A stretch of DNA of 64,000 nt from Deltaproteobacteria bacterium (lineage in GTDB: Bacteria > Myxococcota_A > UBA9160 > SMWR01), in assembly GCA_032128115.1 (NCBI GenBank), contig JAQBHB010000093.1, forward strand, positions 32,001-96,000. The letters run 5' to 3'. Made by a program: the position numbers and the translations under genes. The notes under the pieces were generated by a model that made no database searches, was not told the DNA's origin, and saw nothing but the letters and a program-made list of their open reading frames with translations. This document shows positions 37,927 to 48,415 of the stretch, one piece after another. Position 1 is the first letter of the stretch. Each line of letters opens with the position of its first letter.

Positions 37927-40646
37927 AGCGCTCGGCTCTCGAGACCCCGATGATGCGCCACTATCTGAGCATCAAGGCGAAGCACCCGGACGCCATCGTG
38001 TTCTATCGGATGGGTGACTTCTACGAGATGTTCCTCAGGGACGCAGAGCTGGCGGCTCCGCTACTCGACATCGCACTCACCACCCGGGATCGTGGCAAGA
38101 CCGATCCGGTTCCCATGTGCGGGATCCCCGTACACAGCGCCGATGGCTACGTGAAGCGATTGGCCGAGCTCGGCCACCGGGTGGCCATCTGTGAGCAGGT
38201 GGAAGACGCCCGGGCGGCCGCGGGCAAGCGCCTGGTGCGGCGCGATGTCGTGGAGGTGGTGACCCCCGGCCTGGTGGGTGACCCGGAAGGCATCGAGGCG
38301 GTTCGCGAGCTCACCCTGGTGGCCGTCTACCCGGGAGAATCGACGGGCCTGGCCGTGCTTGACGCCTCCACCGGCGACCTGCGCGCAACCCGGGTGGACA
38401 CGCTGGGCCAGGGCAGGCTTGCCCCCGCGCTCCTCGAGGAACTCCAGCGCGTGGAGCCTCGCGAGCTGCTGCTGTCGGAAGCGGCCGACGGACCCCTGGC
38501 CGCGCGCCTTCAGGCGTTGCTTCCGCGGGTGGCAATCACGCGCGTGGCGCCCGCAAGCTTCGAGCCCTCGCGCGCGCCTGCAGAACCGGACGGCTTCGAC
38601 GCGAACGCCAGCGATGCGGCCCAGTGCGCGGCGGCCGCCCTGTTGGCGTACCTGCACGCGAACCAGCCGTTCGCACTTGCGCAGATCTCGCGACTTCGGC
38701 TCTACCGGCTCAGCGACAGCATGATCCTGGATGCGGCCACGTGTTCGCACCTGGAGCTGTTCCGAAACGGCGAAGACGGATCGCGGCGCTTCACCCTGAT
38801 CGAGCGCCTGGATCGCACGCGCACGCCGTTGGGAGCGCGGCGTTTGGCGCGTTGGATGGCGTATCCGCTCACGGACCCGGACACGATCCGGAATCGCCAG
38901 GATGGCGTGGCGTTCCTCGCCGATCGGGATCGGCAGCGGGCGCGTTTGCGCGATGCCCTGCGGAGCGTGCGCGACATGGAACGCCTGCTGGCCAAGACCG
39001 CGCGGCCGGGCGCCACGCCCCGTGACCTGGCCGCCCTGCGCGATTCCCTCGAAGCGATTCCGGCGGTGCGGAGCAGCCTCGAGGATCCGGGCGCCGCGTC
39101 TCTCGCGGCGCGCGATGAGAAACGCGGATTGGGCCTGGATCTCGCCGATGGCAGGGATGCGTCGACCTTGACCCTGCCCGAGCCGGTTCCGCAGCTCGCG
39201 GAGCTCCTTCGCACGGGCCTGGTGGACCAGCCGACTGCGGTGGCGCGCGGATCGCGCGGGGCCGGCGAGACCGGGTACATCCGGGTCGGATTCCACGCAG
39301 AACTCGACGGTGTGCGCGGCGCCATGCACAAGGGCCGCGAGTGGATCGCGGGCCTGGAGGCGCGAGAACGCGGCCGCACGGGCATCGCCAATCTCAAGAT
39401 CCGATTCCACCCGGTGCACGGCTACGGGATCGAGGTCACCCGATCCAATCTCGAACGGGTTCCCGACGACTACGAACGCAAGCAGACCCTGGCCAACGCG
39501 GAGCGCTTCACGACCCCGGAGCTGCGGGCCGAAGAACAAGGCGTGCGCGGCGCTGGCGACCGCGCGGCGGCCCTGGAACGCGAGATTTTCGAATCCCTGC
39601 GCCAGTCTGCGCTTGCGAGCGCGTCGGCGATCCGCGCGGCGGCCGAGGCGGTGGCCGAACTCGATGCGCTGGCTTCGTTGGCGGAAGTGGCGCGCCAGGA
39701 CGGCTGGGTGCGGCCCCTGGTGGATGCCGGCGAAGGCCTCGAGATCCGGGCCGGCCGCCATCCGGTCGTCGAACCCGTGCTGGCCTCCCAGGGCGGCGAG
39801 CCCTTCGTGCCCAACGACACGGATCTCGATCCAAGCGGAGTGGCGTTGCTGGTGCTGACCGGGCCGAACATGTCCGGTAAGAGCACCTACCTGCGACAGG
39901 TGGCGCTGCTGGTCCTGCTGGCCCAGATGGGGAGCTTCGTGCCCGCTGAAAGCGCACGCGTGGGCGTGGTGGATCGGGTCTTCACGCGGGTGGGCGCCAG
40001 CGATCGACTGGCGCGGGGCGAGTCCACCTTCATGGTGGAGATGCGCGAGACGGCCGACATCCTGGCCCACGCCTCGCGCCGGAGTCTCCTGATCCTGGAC
40101 GAGATCGGCCGGGGCACCAGCACCTACGACGGCCTCTCGATCGCGTGGGCGGTGGCCGAGTACCTCCACGACACCCCGGGGCTGAGCGCGCGAACTCTGT
40201 TCGCCACCCACTATCACGAACTTTCGGATCTGGCGCGCACCAAGGCGCGAGTGCAGAACGCCCACTTCGAAGCCCGCGAGTGGAACGATACGGTGGTGTT
40301 CCTGCGTCGGCTCGTGCCCGGCGCGGCAAGCCGCTCCTACGGTATCCAGGTGGGGCGCCTGGCGGGGCTACCCGAACCGGTGTTGGTGCGCGCGCGCGAG
40401 ATCCTTTCCAACCTGGAACACGAGGAACTCGACGAGCGGGGCCGGCCGCGGATCGCCGGGGGCGTCGGCGCGGCACCTGCCCCCGACGACCAGCTTCCGC
40501 TCTTCTCCGGGCGCTCGCCGGCGCCGGGGGAGGCGGAGGCCCTGGAGGCCCTGCGCGCAATCGATCCCGATCGCACCACGCCGTTGGACGCCCTGGAGCT
40601 TCTCACGCGCCTCTCGAAACGGCTCTCGGACACGGGGGGAGCCTGA
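37923..40646 (+). CDS. mutS: DNA mismatch repair protein MutS
   Basis: TPMMRHY, FYRMGDFYEMF, TGPNMSGKST, STFMVEM, DEIGRGTST, ATHYHEL. Confidence 0.97.
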   Translation: MKRSALETPMMRHYLSIKAKHPDAIVFYRMGDFYEMFLRDAELAAPLLDIALTTRDRGKTDPVPMCGIPVHSADGYVKRLAELGHRVAICEQVEDARAAAGKRLVRRDVVEVVTPGLVGDPEGIEAVRELTLVAVYPGESTGLAVLDASTGDLRATRVDTLGQGRLAPALLEELQRVEPRELLLSEAADGPLAARLQALLPRVAITRVAPASFEPSRAPAEPDGFDANASDAAQCAAAALLAYLHANQPFALAQISRLRLYRLSDSMILDAATCSHLELFRNGEDGSRRFTLIERLDRTRTPLGARRLARWMAYPLTDPDTIRNRQDGVAFLADRDRQRARLRDALRSVRDMERLLAKTARPGATPRDLAALRDSLEAIPAVRSSLEDPGAASLAARDEKRGLGLDLADGRDASTLTLPEPVPQLAELLRTGLVDQPTAVARGSRGAGETGYIRVGFHAELDGVRGAMHKGREWIAGLEARERGRTGIANLKIRFHPVHGYGIEVTRSNLERVPDDYERKQTLANAERFTTPELRAEEQGVRGAGDRAAALEREIFESLRQSALASASAIRAAAEAVAELDALASLAEVARQDGWVRPLVDAGEGLEIRAGRHPVVEPVLASQGGEPFVPNDTDLDPSGVALLVLTGPNMSGKSTYLRQVALLVLLAQMGSFVPAESARVGVVDRVFTRVGASDRLARGESTFMVEMRETADILAHASRRSLLILDEIGRGTSTYDGLSIAWAVAEYLHDTPGLSARTLFATHYHELSDLARTKARVQNAHFEAREWNDTVVFLRRLVPGAASRSYGIQVGRLAGLPEPVLVRAREILSNLEHEELDERGRPRIAGGVGAAPAPDDQLPLFSGRSPAPGEAEALEALRAIDPDRTTPLDALELLTRLSKRLSDTGGA

Positions 40647-41803
40647 TGCGTCGCGCGTGGCCGTGGCTGGCCCTGCCGCTGCTGCTCGGGTTGCTGGGAA
40701 TCGAGCGGCCGCGGGGCCTGGGCGATGTGGTGGAAGTGCGCCACTGGTCCTACCCGGACTACACACGGGTGGTGGTCGAGTTCGACCGGCCGGTGGACAG
40801 CCGCGTTCTCCATCTCTCTGCCGACCCGAAAGCCAGGCGGACCGAGCGCTTGTATCTGGACGTCGACGGGATCTGGGTCGGCAGGCGCTACATCGAGGGC
40901 GTCCCGGTGGGCGACGGGCTGCTGAAGGCCGTGCGCCTGGGTCAGAACACGCTGACCACGACGCGGGTGGTGATCGACGTGGAGCACTACGAGCGCCACC
41001 GCCTGCTGACCCTGACCCATCCGGACCGGCTGGTCGTGGACGTCTATGGCCCGCGCCGTGGCGAGAAGCCCCGGCCCGCCGATGGGCGCAGACTCTCGTC
41101 GCACCTGCGGCCGGTGCGCACCATCGTCGTCGACGCGGGCCACGGCGGCCGCGATCCCGGCGCCATCGGGGTGGGTAACATCCAGGAAAAGGCGGTGACC
41201 CTGCGTCTTGCCAAGGGGCTGGGAAAGCGACTGAAGGCGCTCGGATTCCAGGTGGTCCAGACCCGGGATGACGATCGCAGCATCGGCCTGGAGGAACGCA
41301 CCGCCATTGCCGAGGCCGCACAGGGTGATCTGTTCGTGTCGCTGCACGCCAACGCGGCCAAGCGGCGCTCGACTCGCGGAATCGAGACCTACTACCCGGC
41401 AGAGGGCCACGCGCGTCACAGCCTGGGTCTGGCGGCGCGCGAGAACGGAATCAAGCGGGACCAGGTCGACGCGCTCCAGAGGACGCTGGCCTCGCTCCGG
41501 GTCTCGGAGACCTCGCTGAGTTCCCAGCATCTGGCCACGCTGGTACAGGGCCGGATCGTCCAGGGCATCGGGGCTTCCTACGGTCCCGTGACCAATCTGG
41601 GCGTGAAGGAGGGGCCCTTCTACGTGCTCTTCCTGTCCAACATGCCGGCGATCCTGGTGGAGGCGGGGTTCCTCACCAACCGTGAGGAGGCGAAACGGTT
41701 GCGCGACGACAAGTACCTGGACGCGGTAGCCACCCAGATCGCCCGGGGTCTGCAGAATTACAGCGACGGCCAGACGGAACTGGCCATGGGGAGCATCGAG
41801 TGA
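40646..41803 (+). CDS. amiC: N-acetylmuramoyl-L-alanine amidase with AMIN domains
   Basis: VRHWSYPDYTRVV (AMIN), DAGHGGRDPGA, SLHANA, LVEAGFLTN. Confidence 0.9.
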   Translation: MRRAWPWLALPLLLGLLGIERPRGLGDVVEVRHWSYPDYTRVVVEFDRPVDSRVLHLSADPKARRTERLYLDVDGIWVGRRYIEGVPVGDGLLKAVRLGQNTLTTTRVVIDVEHYERHRLLTLTHPDRLVVDVYGPRRGEKPRPADGRRLSSHLRPVRTIVVDAGHGGRDPGAIGVGNIQEKAVTLRLAKGLGKRLKALGFQVVQTRDDDRSIGLEERTAIAEAAQGDLFVSLHANAAKRRSTRGIETYYPAEGHARHSLGLAARENGIKRDQVDALQRTLASLRVSETSLSSQHLATLVQGRIVQGIGASYGPVTNLGVKEGPFYVLFLSNMPAILVEAGFLTNREEAKRLRDDKYLDAVATQIARGLQNYSDGQTELAMGSIE

Positions 41804-44520
41804 TCTCGGCTCCGTCGGTGAACGCCTTCCTCGAGAGTTTCGACGGCGCGCGGCCCGGAGCGGCCGGGGGCAAACGCGCCGTGGGCAAGGCCGTGCGCGA
41901 GTACTGTGGCGCCGTGCGGTCGTACCTGCGCGACCATCGCCGCGAGATCGGGGCGGGACAGGGTCTCAACGAGCGCCATTCGGATTTCATGGACCAGCTC
42001 GTTCGACGCCTGTTCGCGTTGGCCGAGGAGGCCTACTTCTCCGGATCCGGCGACCCGCCGTCCGCCCTCTGCGTGCTGGCAGTGGGTGGCTACGCCCGAC
42101 GCGAGATGAGCATCTACTCGGACATGGACCTGCTCTTCCTCCACGGCGGCGAGATCACACCCCACGTGGCATCCGTGACCGAGGCGATCCAGCACTGGCT
42201 CTGGGACGCCGCCCTCTCCGTGGGCTGCGCCACGCGAACCATCGAGCAGACCATCGAGCTGGCGGCCATCGACCCTACGGTGCGCACGGGGTTGCTGGAG
42301 ACGCGTTTCCTGGTGGGGAGTGGGGCCCTGTTCCAGGTGTTCAGCGAGGTTGGCCAGGAGGAGTTGTTCTCGGCGCCCGACCGGTTCATCGCCGACCAGC
42401 TCGAGACCATGCGGGCTCGCCACGCCCACTACGGCGATTCGCTGTATCTGCTGCAGCCGAATCTGAAGGAGGGCGCCGGAGGATTGCGGGACTATCACGT
42501 GGCCTACTGGGCAATGCAGGCCACCCAGGCCCACGCTCGTGGCCGCGAGAACTTTCTGTACCTGGGTCTGCTCACCGACACCGAACTCCACGAGTACACG
42601 CGCGCCCTGGATTTTCTGTGGCAGGCGCGCAATGAGCTGCACCTGATCGCAGGTCGCAAGGGTGACCAGATGAGCTTCGAGCTGCAGGAGCGCATCGCCA
42701 GGTCCCTGGGCTACGAGGAGGCAGGGCGCGAGCTCCCCGTGGAGCAGTTCATGGGCGACTACTATCGTCATGCCCGCGCCGTGAGCAGCTACTCGTCGCT
42801 CGTGATCGAACAGTGTTACTCCCGCGTGCATCGGGAGCCCGCCTCCGAGCCGCCGCGGGAGGTGGAGGATGGCTTCCGGATCGCCAGGGACCGGCTCGAG
42901 ATCCCGCACGCGCGCCACCTGCGAGAAGACCCGTTGCGTCTGCTCCGGGTTTTCGCCGTGGCCCAGGACAACGAGGTGGCGCTCACCCGCAAGGCCGGGC
43001 GCATGGTTCGCGAGACCGTCTCCCTCATCGACGATGACTTCCGGACCCGCCCCGAGGCCGCGGAACTCTTCCTGCGGATCCTGTCGTCCGAGCGGTGGGT
43101 CATGCGTTCGCTGATGGCGATGAACGAGATGGGCGTGCTGGCGGCGTTCCTGCCCGAGTGGGAGCACATCGTATGTCGCTGGCAGCACGTGATGTACCAC
43201 ACGTATACGGTCGACGTGCACTCGATCTTCCTCGTGGAAGAGTTGCGACGTCTGTGGCGCGGCAAGTACGAAGAGGAGCAGCCGGAGCTGACCGAGCTGG
43301 TGCGGGAGAACGAGGACCTGCCGGTTTTATACCTGGGGTGTCTGCTCCATGACATCGGCAAGGGGCTCGGCGGCGATCACTCCAATCGCGGCGCCGACCG
43401 GGCACGCAGCTGCGTCGAACGCCTGGGGCTCGACCCGGACCGGATCGAGCGCGTGGTGTTCCTGGTCCGCCAGCATCTGCTCATGTCGCACCTGGCGCAG
43501 CGCCGGGATCTCTCGGACCCGAAGCTGATCCTCGAGTTCGCCCGCATCGTCGGGGACCGGGAGAACCTCCGGAAGCTGTACCTGATCACGTTCGCCGACA
43601 TCCGCGCGTCTTCCGCCGCGGCCTGGACCGACTGGAAGGGACGACTGCTGCGCGAACTCTTCGAGCGCACTTCGGAGTTGCTGGAGGCGGGAGCCGACGA
43701 TCCCAGCGCGGCCATCGAGATCATCGAGCGGCGCGCGGAGTCGCGGCGGGAGGCGGCCGGCGCCGAGATGCGCGACGGCGGTGTCGATGACGAGCAGATC
43801 CAGAACTACTGCGACGACATGCCGCGCCGCTATTTCACCGCCCACTCACCGCGCGAGATTTCTCGTCATGCCCGGGTGGTGTTGGAATTCAACCGCGATC
43901 GCATTTCGGCTACCGCCGTGCGCGAGCTTCCCGGAGGTTCGAGCGAGTTCATCCTCTGCGCCCGGGACATCCACGGCCTCTACTCGAAAGTTGCCGGCGT
44001 GCTGACGGCATACAACCTGAACATCCTGGGATCGCATGTGTACAGCACGCGCACGGGGCTCGCGCTGGAGATCTACCGGCTCACGACGCCCCGGGGCGGC
44101 GATGCGGAGCGACGCCTGGCCTGGTCGGCGATGGTGGATTCCCTGGATCAGGTGCTCACGGAGCGGCTCGACGTGGCTGCGCTGCTGCGTCGCCGCGGGC
44201 GCCCGGTGGGGCTCGATGTGGCCCCGCGTCGGCAGCCGGCGTCGGTCTCCGTGTCGAACGAGGAATCGGACTTCTACACGATTGTCGATGTCACCGCGAA
44301 CGATCGCCTGGGCCTGCTCCACGATCTGACCCGGGTCATCGCCGATCACGGCTTCGAGATCTATATCTCGAAGGCCGCCACCATCATGGATCAGGTGGCC
44401 GACACCTTCTATCTGAAGGACGACAAGGGACGAAAGCTGCGCGAACCGGACGCGATCGAGCGGCTGTGCGCATCGCTTCGTGACGCCGCCAACCGGGAGG
44501 AGGTGGGTCGTGGCGGCTGA
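41800..44520 (+). CDS. glnD: [Protein-PII] uridylyltransferase / uridylyl-removing enzyme
   Basis: AVGGYARRE..SDMDL, PNLKEGAGGLRD, HTYTVDVH, LLHDIGKG, two ACT domains. Confidence 0.95.
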   Translation: MISAPSVNAFLESFDGARPGAAGGKRAVGKAVREYCGAVRSYLRDHRREIGAGQGLNERHSDFMDQLVRRLFALAEEAYFSGSGDPPSALCVLAVGGYARREMSIYSDMDLLFLHGGEITPHVASVTEAIQHWLWDAALSVGCATRTIEQTIELAAIDPTVRTGLLETRFLVGSGALFQVFSEVGQEELFSAPDRFIADQLETMRARHAHYGDSLYLLQPNLKEGAGGLRDYHVAYWAMQATQAHARGRENFLYLGLLTDTELHEYTRALDFLWQARNELHLIAGRKGDQMSFELQERIARSLGYEEAGRELPVEQFMGDYYRHARAVSSYSSLVIEQCYSRVHREPASEPPREVEDGFRIARDRLEIPHARHLREDPLRLLRVFAVAQDNEVALTRKAGRMVRETVSLIDDDFRTRPEAAELFLRILSSERWVMRSLMAMNEMGVLAAFLPEWEHIVCRWQHVMYHTYTVDVHSIFLVEELRRLWRGKYEEEQPELTELVRENEDLPVLYLGCLLHDIGKGLGGDHSNRGADRARSCVERLGLDPDRIERVVFLVRQHLLMSHLAQRRDLSDPKLILEFARIVGDRENLRKLYLITFADIRASSAAAWTDWKGRLLRELFERTSELLEAGADDPSAAIEIIERRAESRREAAGAEMRDGGVDDEQIQNYCDDMPRRYFTAHSPREISRHARVVLEFNRDRISATAVRELPGGSSEFILCARDIHGLYSKVAGVLTAYNLNILGSHVYSTRTGLALEIYRLTTPRGGDAERRLAWSAMVDSLDQVLTERLDVAALLRRRGRPVGLDVAPRRQPASVSVSNEESDFYTIVDVTANDRLGLLHDLTRVIADHGFEIYISKAATIMDQVADTFYLKDDKGRKLREPDAIERLCASLRDAANREEVGRGG

Positions 44521-45460
44521 GCGGGGCCGCCAGCTGGCCAGGGCGGTCGATGGCTTCCTGACCCACGCGGCCGTGGAGCGGGGTCTTTCGCCGCGCACGA
44601 TCGAGGCCTACTCACGCGACCTGGCCCGCTTCGTTCACCACCTGGACGGACACGGAGTGCGACACACGGATCAGGTACGGCGCGAACACGTGCGAAGCTT
44701 CGCGGTATCGCTGGCGCGTCGGGGGCTCGCGGCTCGCAGTCGAGCCCGAGCCCTGGTGGCCACGCGTCGTATGCTCCGCCACGCGGGCGCCGGCGAGGCG
44801 GTGCGCGAAGAGCCGGGAGGGCCGCGCGCCGGCCCGCAGGTGGGCGTGAGCCTGCCCCGCATTCTCAGGATCGACGAGACCGAAGCGCTGATCGAGGCTG
44901 CCGACCCGTCCACGCCGCTGGGTGTGCGCGACCGGGCCATGCTGGAGGTGTTGTATGGCGCGGGTCTGCGTGTGAGCGAGCTGGTGTCGCTGCCGCTGGC
45001 GGGCCTGGATCGACGCGCGGGCCTGCTGCGTGTAATGGGCAAGGGCCGGCGCGAGCGGATCGTACCGTTGGGGGCGCCGGCGTTGGAAGCGCTGGACGCC
45101 TACCTGGAGGAGGGCCGCCCGCGCCTGTGTGCCGCCTCCGCGACGCGCGACGACCGCGTCTTCCTGTCGCGCCGCGGCCGCGCCATGACGCGCCAGAACT
45201 TCTTCGTCCGCTTGCGGAAGCTGGCCCGCGTGGCCGGAATCCCCAGCGATCGTGTCTCGCCCCATGTGTTGCGCCACGCCTTTGCCACCGACCTGCTGGA
45301 GGGCGGCGCCGACCTGCGGTCGGTCCAGACTCTCCTGGGGCATGCCGATCTGTCGACGACACAGATCTACACCCACGTCAGCCGCAGCCGGCTTCGCGAG
45401 ACCGTCGAGCGGCGACACCCTCGCGGTCGGGGAAGGCGGCGCGAGTCGGACCCGAGGTGA
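44510..45460 (+). CDS. xerD: Tyrosine recombinase XerD-like
   Basis: RDRAMLEVLYGAGLRVSEL, GKG, SPHVLRHAFAT, LLGHADLSTTQIYTHV. Confidence 0.9.
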   Translation: MAAERGRQLARAVDGFLTHAAVERGLSPRTIEAYSRDLARFVHHLDGHGVRHTDQVRREHVRSFAVSLARRGLAARSRARALVATRRMLRHAGAGEAVREEPGGPRAGPQVGVSLPRILRIDETEALIEAADPSTPLGVRDRAMLEVLYGAGLRVSELVSLPLAGLDRRAGLLRVMGKGRRERIVPLGAPALEALDAYLEEGRPRLCAASATRDDRVFLSRRGRAMTRQNFFVRLRKLARVAGIPSDRVSPHVLRHAFATDLLEGGADLRSVQTLLGHADLSTTQIYTHVSRSRLRETVERRHPRGRGRRRESDPR

Positions 45461-46791
45461 CGAAGGCCACCTCGGCGGAGTTCCTGGCTGCGATCCCCGC
45501 GCCCGCGGCGAGCCTGGTCGTGGAGCTGGTGTCGGTGGCGGATGCCCAGGGCCTGTCCCTATACGTGGTGGGCGGCCCCGTGCGCGACCTGCTGCTGGGT
45601 CTCCCGGTGGGCGACGTGGATCTGGTGGTGGAGGGCCGGGACGGGAAGGGCGCCGTCGAGCTGGTGCAGGCGGCCGCACCCGGATCAGCACGTCTCACCG
45701 CGCACGACCGCTTCGGGACGGTCAGCTTGCGTCTGGATGCGGCGTCGCTCGACGTGGCCACGGTGCGCAGCGAGACCTATGCCCACGACGGGGCTCTGCC
45801 CGCCGTGGCGGCGGGCAGCCTGGAGGACGACCTGCGGCGACGAGACTTCAGCGTGAACGCATTGGCGCTGCCCCTGTCGAAGAAGGCGCGCGCGCGCCAC
45901 AGTGGGATCGTGGACCTGGAAGGCGGCTTGCGCGACCTGGAGAACCGCCGGCTGCGTGTGTTGCACGAGCGCAGCTTTCACGACGATCCAACGCGCGCTC
46001 TTCGAGCGGCCCGGTTCGGCCCCCGTCTGGGCTTCTCGCTGACCCGGGGCTCGCGCCGCGCCTTGCGCGACGCCCTGCGCGATGGTGCCTTCGGCCGCGT
46101 CAGCGGCGATCGCCTGCGCCGCGAGCTGGTCAAACTCTTCGACGACGCCCACAAGGGACTCGATCCGGTGCCTGCGCTGCGGCTGCTAGACGAGTGGCAT
46201 CTGCTTGGCGCGCTGGAGCCCGGGCTGACGCTGGACCGGAGCGTGGCCCCGGCGCTTCGGGCCCTGGGCCGCGCCACCGCGTCGCCGCCCTGGCCCGGGG
46301 GACGCTGGCGCCCCTGGGCCTCGGGGCTGGCCGTGTGGCTCGCGCCGCTGGCGGCCAGCCTGCGGCGCCGGACCCTGCAGCGCTTCGCAGTGCGCGGTGC
46401 GGCGGCGACCCGCATCGCCGACTTTCCCAAGGCCCAGAAGCGCTGGCTTCGCGCCCTGGAACGGGCGCGCGGCCGCGGGGCCATCGACGAGGTGCTGAGC
46501 GAGCTCGACGAGGATGAACTGCACGCTCTGTGGGCGTGTGCGTCGCCGGCCATGCGACGTCGCGTCGTGCGTTACGCACAAGAGGATCGCTCCCGTCGGG
46601 TGCCGGTGAACGGGGACGACCTGGTGGAGCTGGGTCTCTCGGGGCCGGCATTGGGTCTTGCCCTGGTGCGCCTGCGCGCGGCCTATCTGGACGGTGCCGC
46701 GACCCGGCGGGAAGATCTGCTGGCACTGGCGCGAGAACTGGCGGGCGCGGACCGGGCGCGCAGCTCGCGCCGTGGGGCGGGGCGGCGTTGA
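45457..46791 (+). CDS. tRNA nucleotidyltransferase (CCA/A-adding, class II)
   Basis: VGGPVRDLLL, DVD, RFGT, RSETY, DLRRRDFSVNAL, FHDDPTR. Confidence 0.85.
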   Translation: MTKATSAEFLAAIPAPAASLVVELVSVADAQGLSLYVVGGPVRDLLLGLPVGDVDLVVEGRDGKGAVELVQAAAPGSARLTAHDRFGTVSLRLDAASLDVATVRSETYAHDGALPAVAAGSLEDDLRRRDFSVNALALPLSKKARARHSGIVDLEGGLRDLENRRLRVLHERSFHDDPTRALRAARFGPRLGFSLTRGSRRALRDALRDGAFGRVSGDRLRRELVKLFDDAHKGLDPVPALRLLDEWHLLGALEPGLTLDRSVAPALRALGRATASPPWPGGRWRPWASGLAVWLAPLAASLRRRTLQRFAVRGAAATRIADFPKAQKRWLRALERARGRGAIDEVLSELDEDELHALWACASPAMRRRVVRYAQEDRSRRVPVNGDDLVELGLSGPALGLALVRLRAAYLDGAATRREDLLALARELAGADRARSSRRGAGRR

Positions 46792-46798
46792 CGTCTGC

Positions 46799-46827
46799 TT
46801 GCCGCCGAGCGTGCGATTCTCCATACT
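46799..46827 (+). promoter_or_regulatory. Possible sigma70 promoter for scpAB
   Basis: TTGCCG-N17-CATACT upstream of scpA. Confidence 0.35.
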
Positions 46828-46878
46828 CCCAGCACCCCCCCACAGCAATGTTTTCGTGCGCGCGTACGTGGAGCCCGG

Positions 46879-47715
46879 ATGTCTTCAGCGTTGACTGGTG
46901 ATCTCGGCGCGACAGGCTCGAACCGGGCCCCGGCAGAACCTCGCTATGCCGTGTGCCTGCCCGTCTTCGAGGGTCCGCTCGACCTGTTGCTGCACCTGAT
47001 CCGGCTCAACGAGGTCGACATCACCGACATCCCCATCGCGCGCGTCGCCGAGCAGTACGTGGAGTATCTCGACCTGATGCGCGAGCTCGATCTGGACGTC
47101 GCGGGTGAGTACCTGCTGATGGCGGCGACGCTGGCGTGGCTCAAGTCTCGCACCCTGCTGCCCGTGGAGAGTGAGGCGGACGAGGAGGACGGCCCCGATC
47201 CCCGTGCGGAACTGATCGCGCGCCTGATCGAGTATCGCCGCTTCAAGGAAGCGGCGGGCGAGCTGGGCGGGCGCCAGTTGCTTGGGCGTGACGTCTTCAC
47301 CGGGTCCGGGCAGGACCTGGAGCCGCTTCCCGACGGCGAGCGCGAGATCGAGGTGGGCGTGTTCGACCTGATCGAGGCCTACCGGCGGGTGCTGCGCACC
47401 GCCACCGAGACTCCGGCAGCCCACGAGATCGAGGCCGAGGCCATCACCGTTCACGAGAGGATGGTGGCGGTGATGCGGGCCCTCGAGGGCCTCGAATCCA
47501 TGGAGTTCGAGCGAGTCTTCGTGGACTACGACGGGCACCGCCCGACGCGGCTGGTGTTCGTCGCCACGTTCCTCGCGATCCTCGAGCTCACGCGTCTTGC
47601 CGCCCTGCGGCTCTACCAGGGCTTGAGCGACGAAGGGGCCCCGGAGGGGCCCATCCATCTGCGGCCGGTGGCCCCGGGCGACGAAAGCTGGATGTCGGCC
47701 GTCCCGAACGTGTGA
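46879..47715 (+). CDS. scpA: Segregation and condensation protein A
   Basis: FEGPLDLLLHLI, YLLMAATL..LKSR.LLP, TFLAILEL. Confidence 0.94.
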   Translation: MSSALTGDLGATGSNRAPAEPRYAVCLPVFEGPLDLLLHLIRLNEVDITDIPIARVAEQYVEYLDLMRELDLDVAGEYLLMAATLAWLKSRTLLPVESEADEEDGPDPRAELIARLIEYRRFKEAAGELGGRQLLGRDVFTGSGQDLEPLPDGEREIEVGVFDLIEAYRRVLRTATETPAAHEIEAEAITVHERMVAVMRALEGLESMEFERVFVDYDGHRPTRLVFVATFLAILELTRLAALRLYQGLSDEGAPEGPIHLRPVAPGDESWMSAVPNV

Positions 47716-47724
47716 GGCGAGACA

Positions 47725-48399
47725 ATGGATGACTCGGAGAAGCGGGGGATCGCGGAGGCCCTGATCGTGGCGTCGGGGGAGCCTCTCCCGGCGGCCAAGC
47801 TGGCGTCGTTGGTCCCGCGGTGCACGCCCAAGCAGGCCCGCAGCCTGGTGGAGGAGCTCAACGCGGAGTACGTCGCGCAACAGCGATCGTTCGAGATTCG
47901 CGAGGTTGCCGGAGGGTTTCAGTTGCGAACCCTGCCTGAGTACGCGAGCTATCTGCAGAAGCTCCGACCGACCCGGCCGCTGCGTCTATCCCATGCGGCG
48001 CTCGAGTCGCTGGCCATCGTGGCGTACCGCCAACCCGTGACGCGCGCAGAGGTGGAGTACGTGCGGGGCGTCGACGCGGGCCCGGTGCTGCGCAGCCTGT
48101 TGGAGCGCAAGCTGGTGAAGATCGCGGGACACCGCGAGGTGCCGGGGCGACCGATGCTCTATGCCACCACGAAGCGCTTCCTCGAAGTCTTCGGCCTGTC
48201 GAAGCTCGACGACCTGCCCACGCTCCGGGACCTGGAGGACCTGGCGGCTTCCGAGGACAATCCCGTGGGCAACCCAGCTGACGAACCGGCCGCATCATCC
48301 CCCGGGGCCGCATCATCCCCCGGGTTGGAGAGCGAGCCCCATGCGCTGGCCGCCCTGGTGTCGCTCTCCGCTCTGGAGCCCCGCGGCGAACCCCACTGA
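47725..48399 (+). CDS. scpB: Segregation and condensation protein B
   Basis: LSHAALESLAIVAYRQPVTR, RGVD, GRPMLYATT..FL..FGL..L.DLP. Confidence 0.95.
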   Translation: MDDSEKRGIAEALIVASGEPLPAAKLASLVPRCTPKQARSLVEELNAEYVAQQRSFEIREVAGGFQLRTLPEYASYLQKLRPTRPLRLSHAALESLAIVAYRQPVTRAEVEYVRGVDAGPVLRSLLERKLVKIAGHREVPGRPMLYATTKRFLEVFGLSKLDDLPTLRDLEDLAASEDNPVGNPADEPAASSPGAASSPGLESEPHALAALVSLSALEPRGEPH

Positions 48400-48415
48400 A
48401 CGCCGGGCGGGCCCG

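Noticed and set aside
44510..45460. Tyrosine recombinase as a prophage or ICE integrase
   Set aside because: It has XerD-type motifs, overlaps glnD and the nucleotidyltransferase in a housekeeping operon, and has no att sites, tRNA or phage genes nearby.
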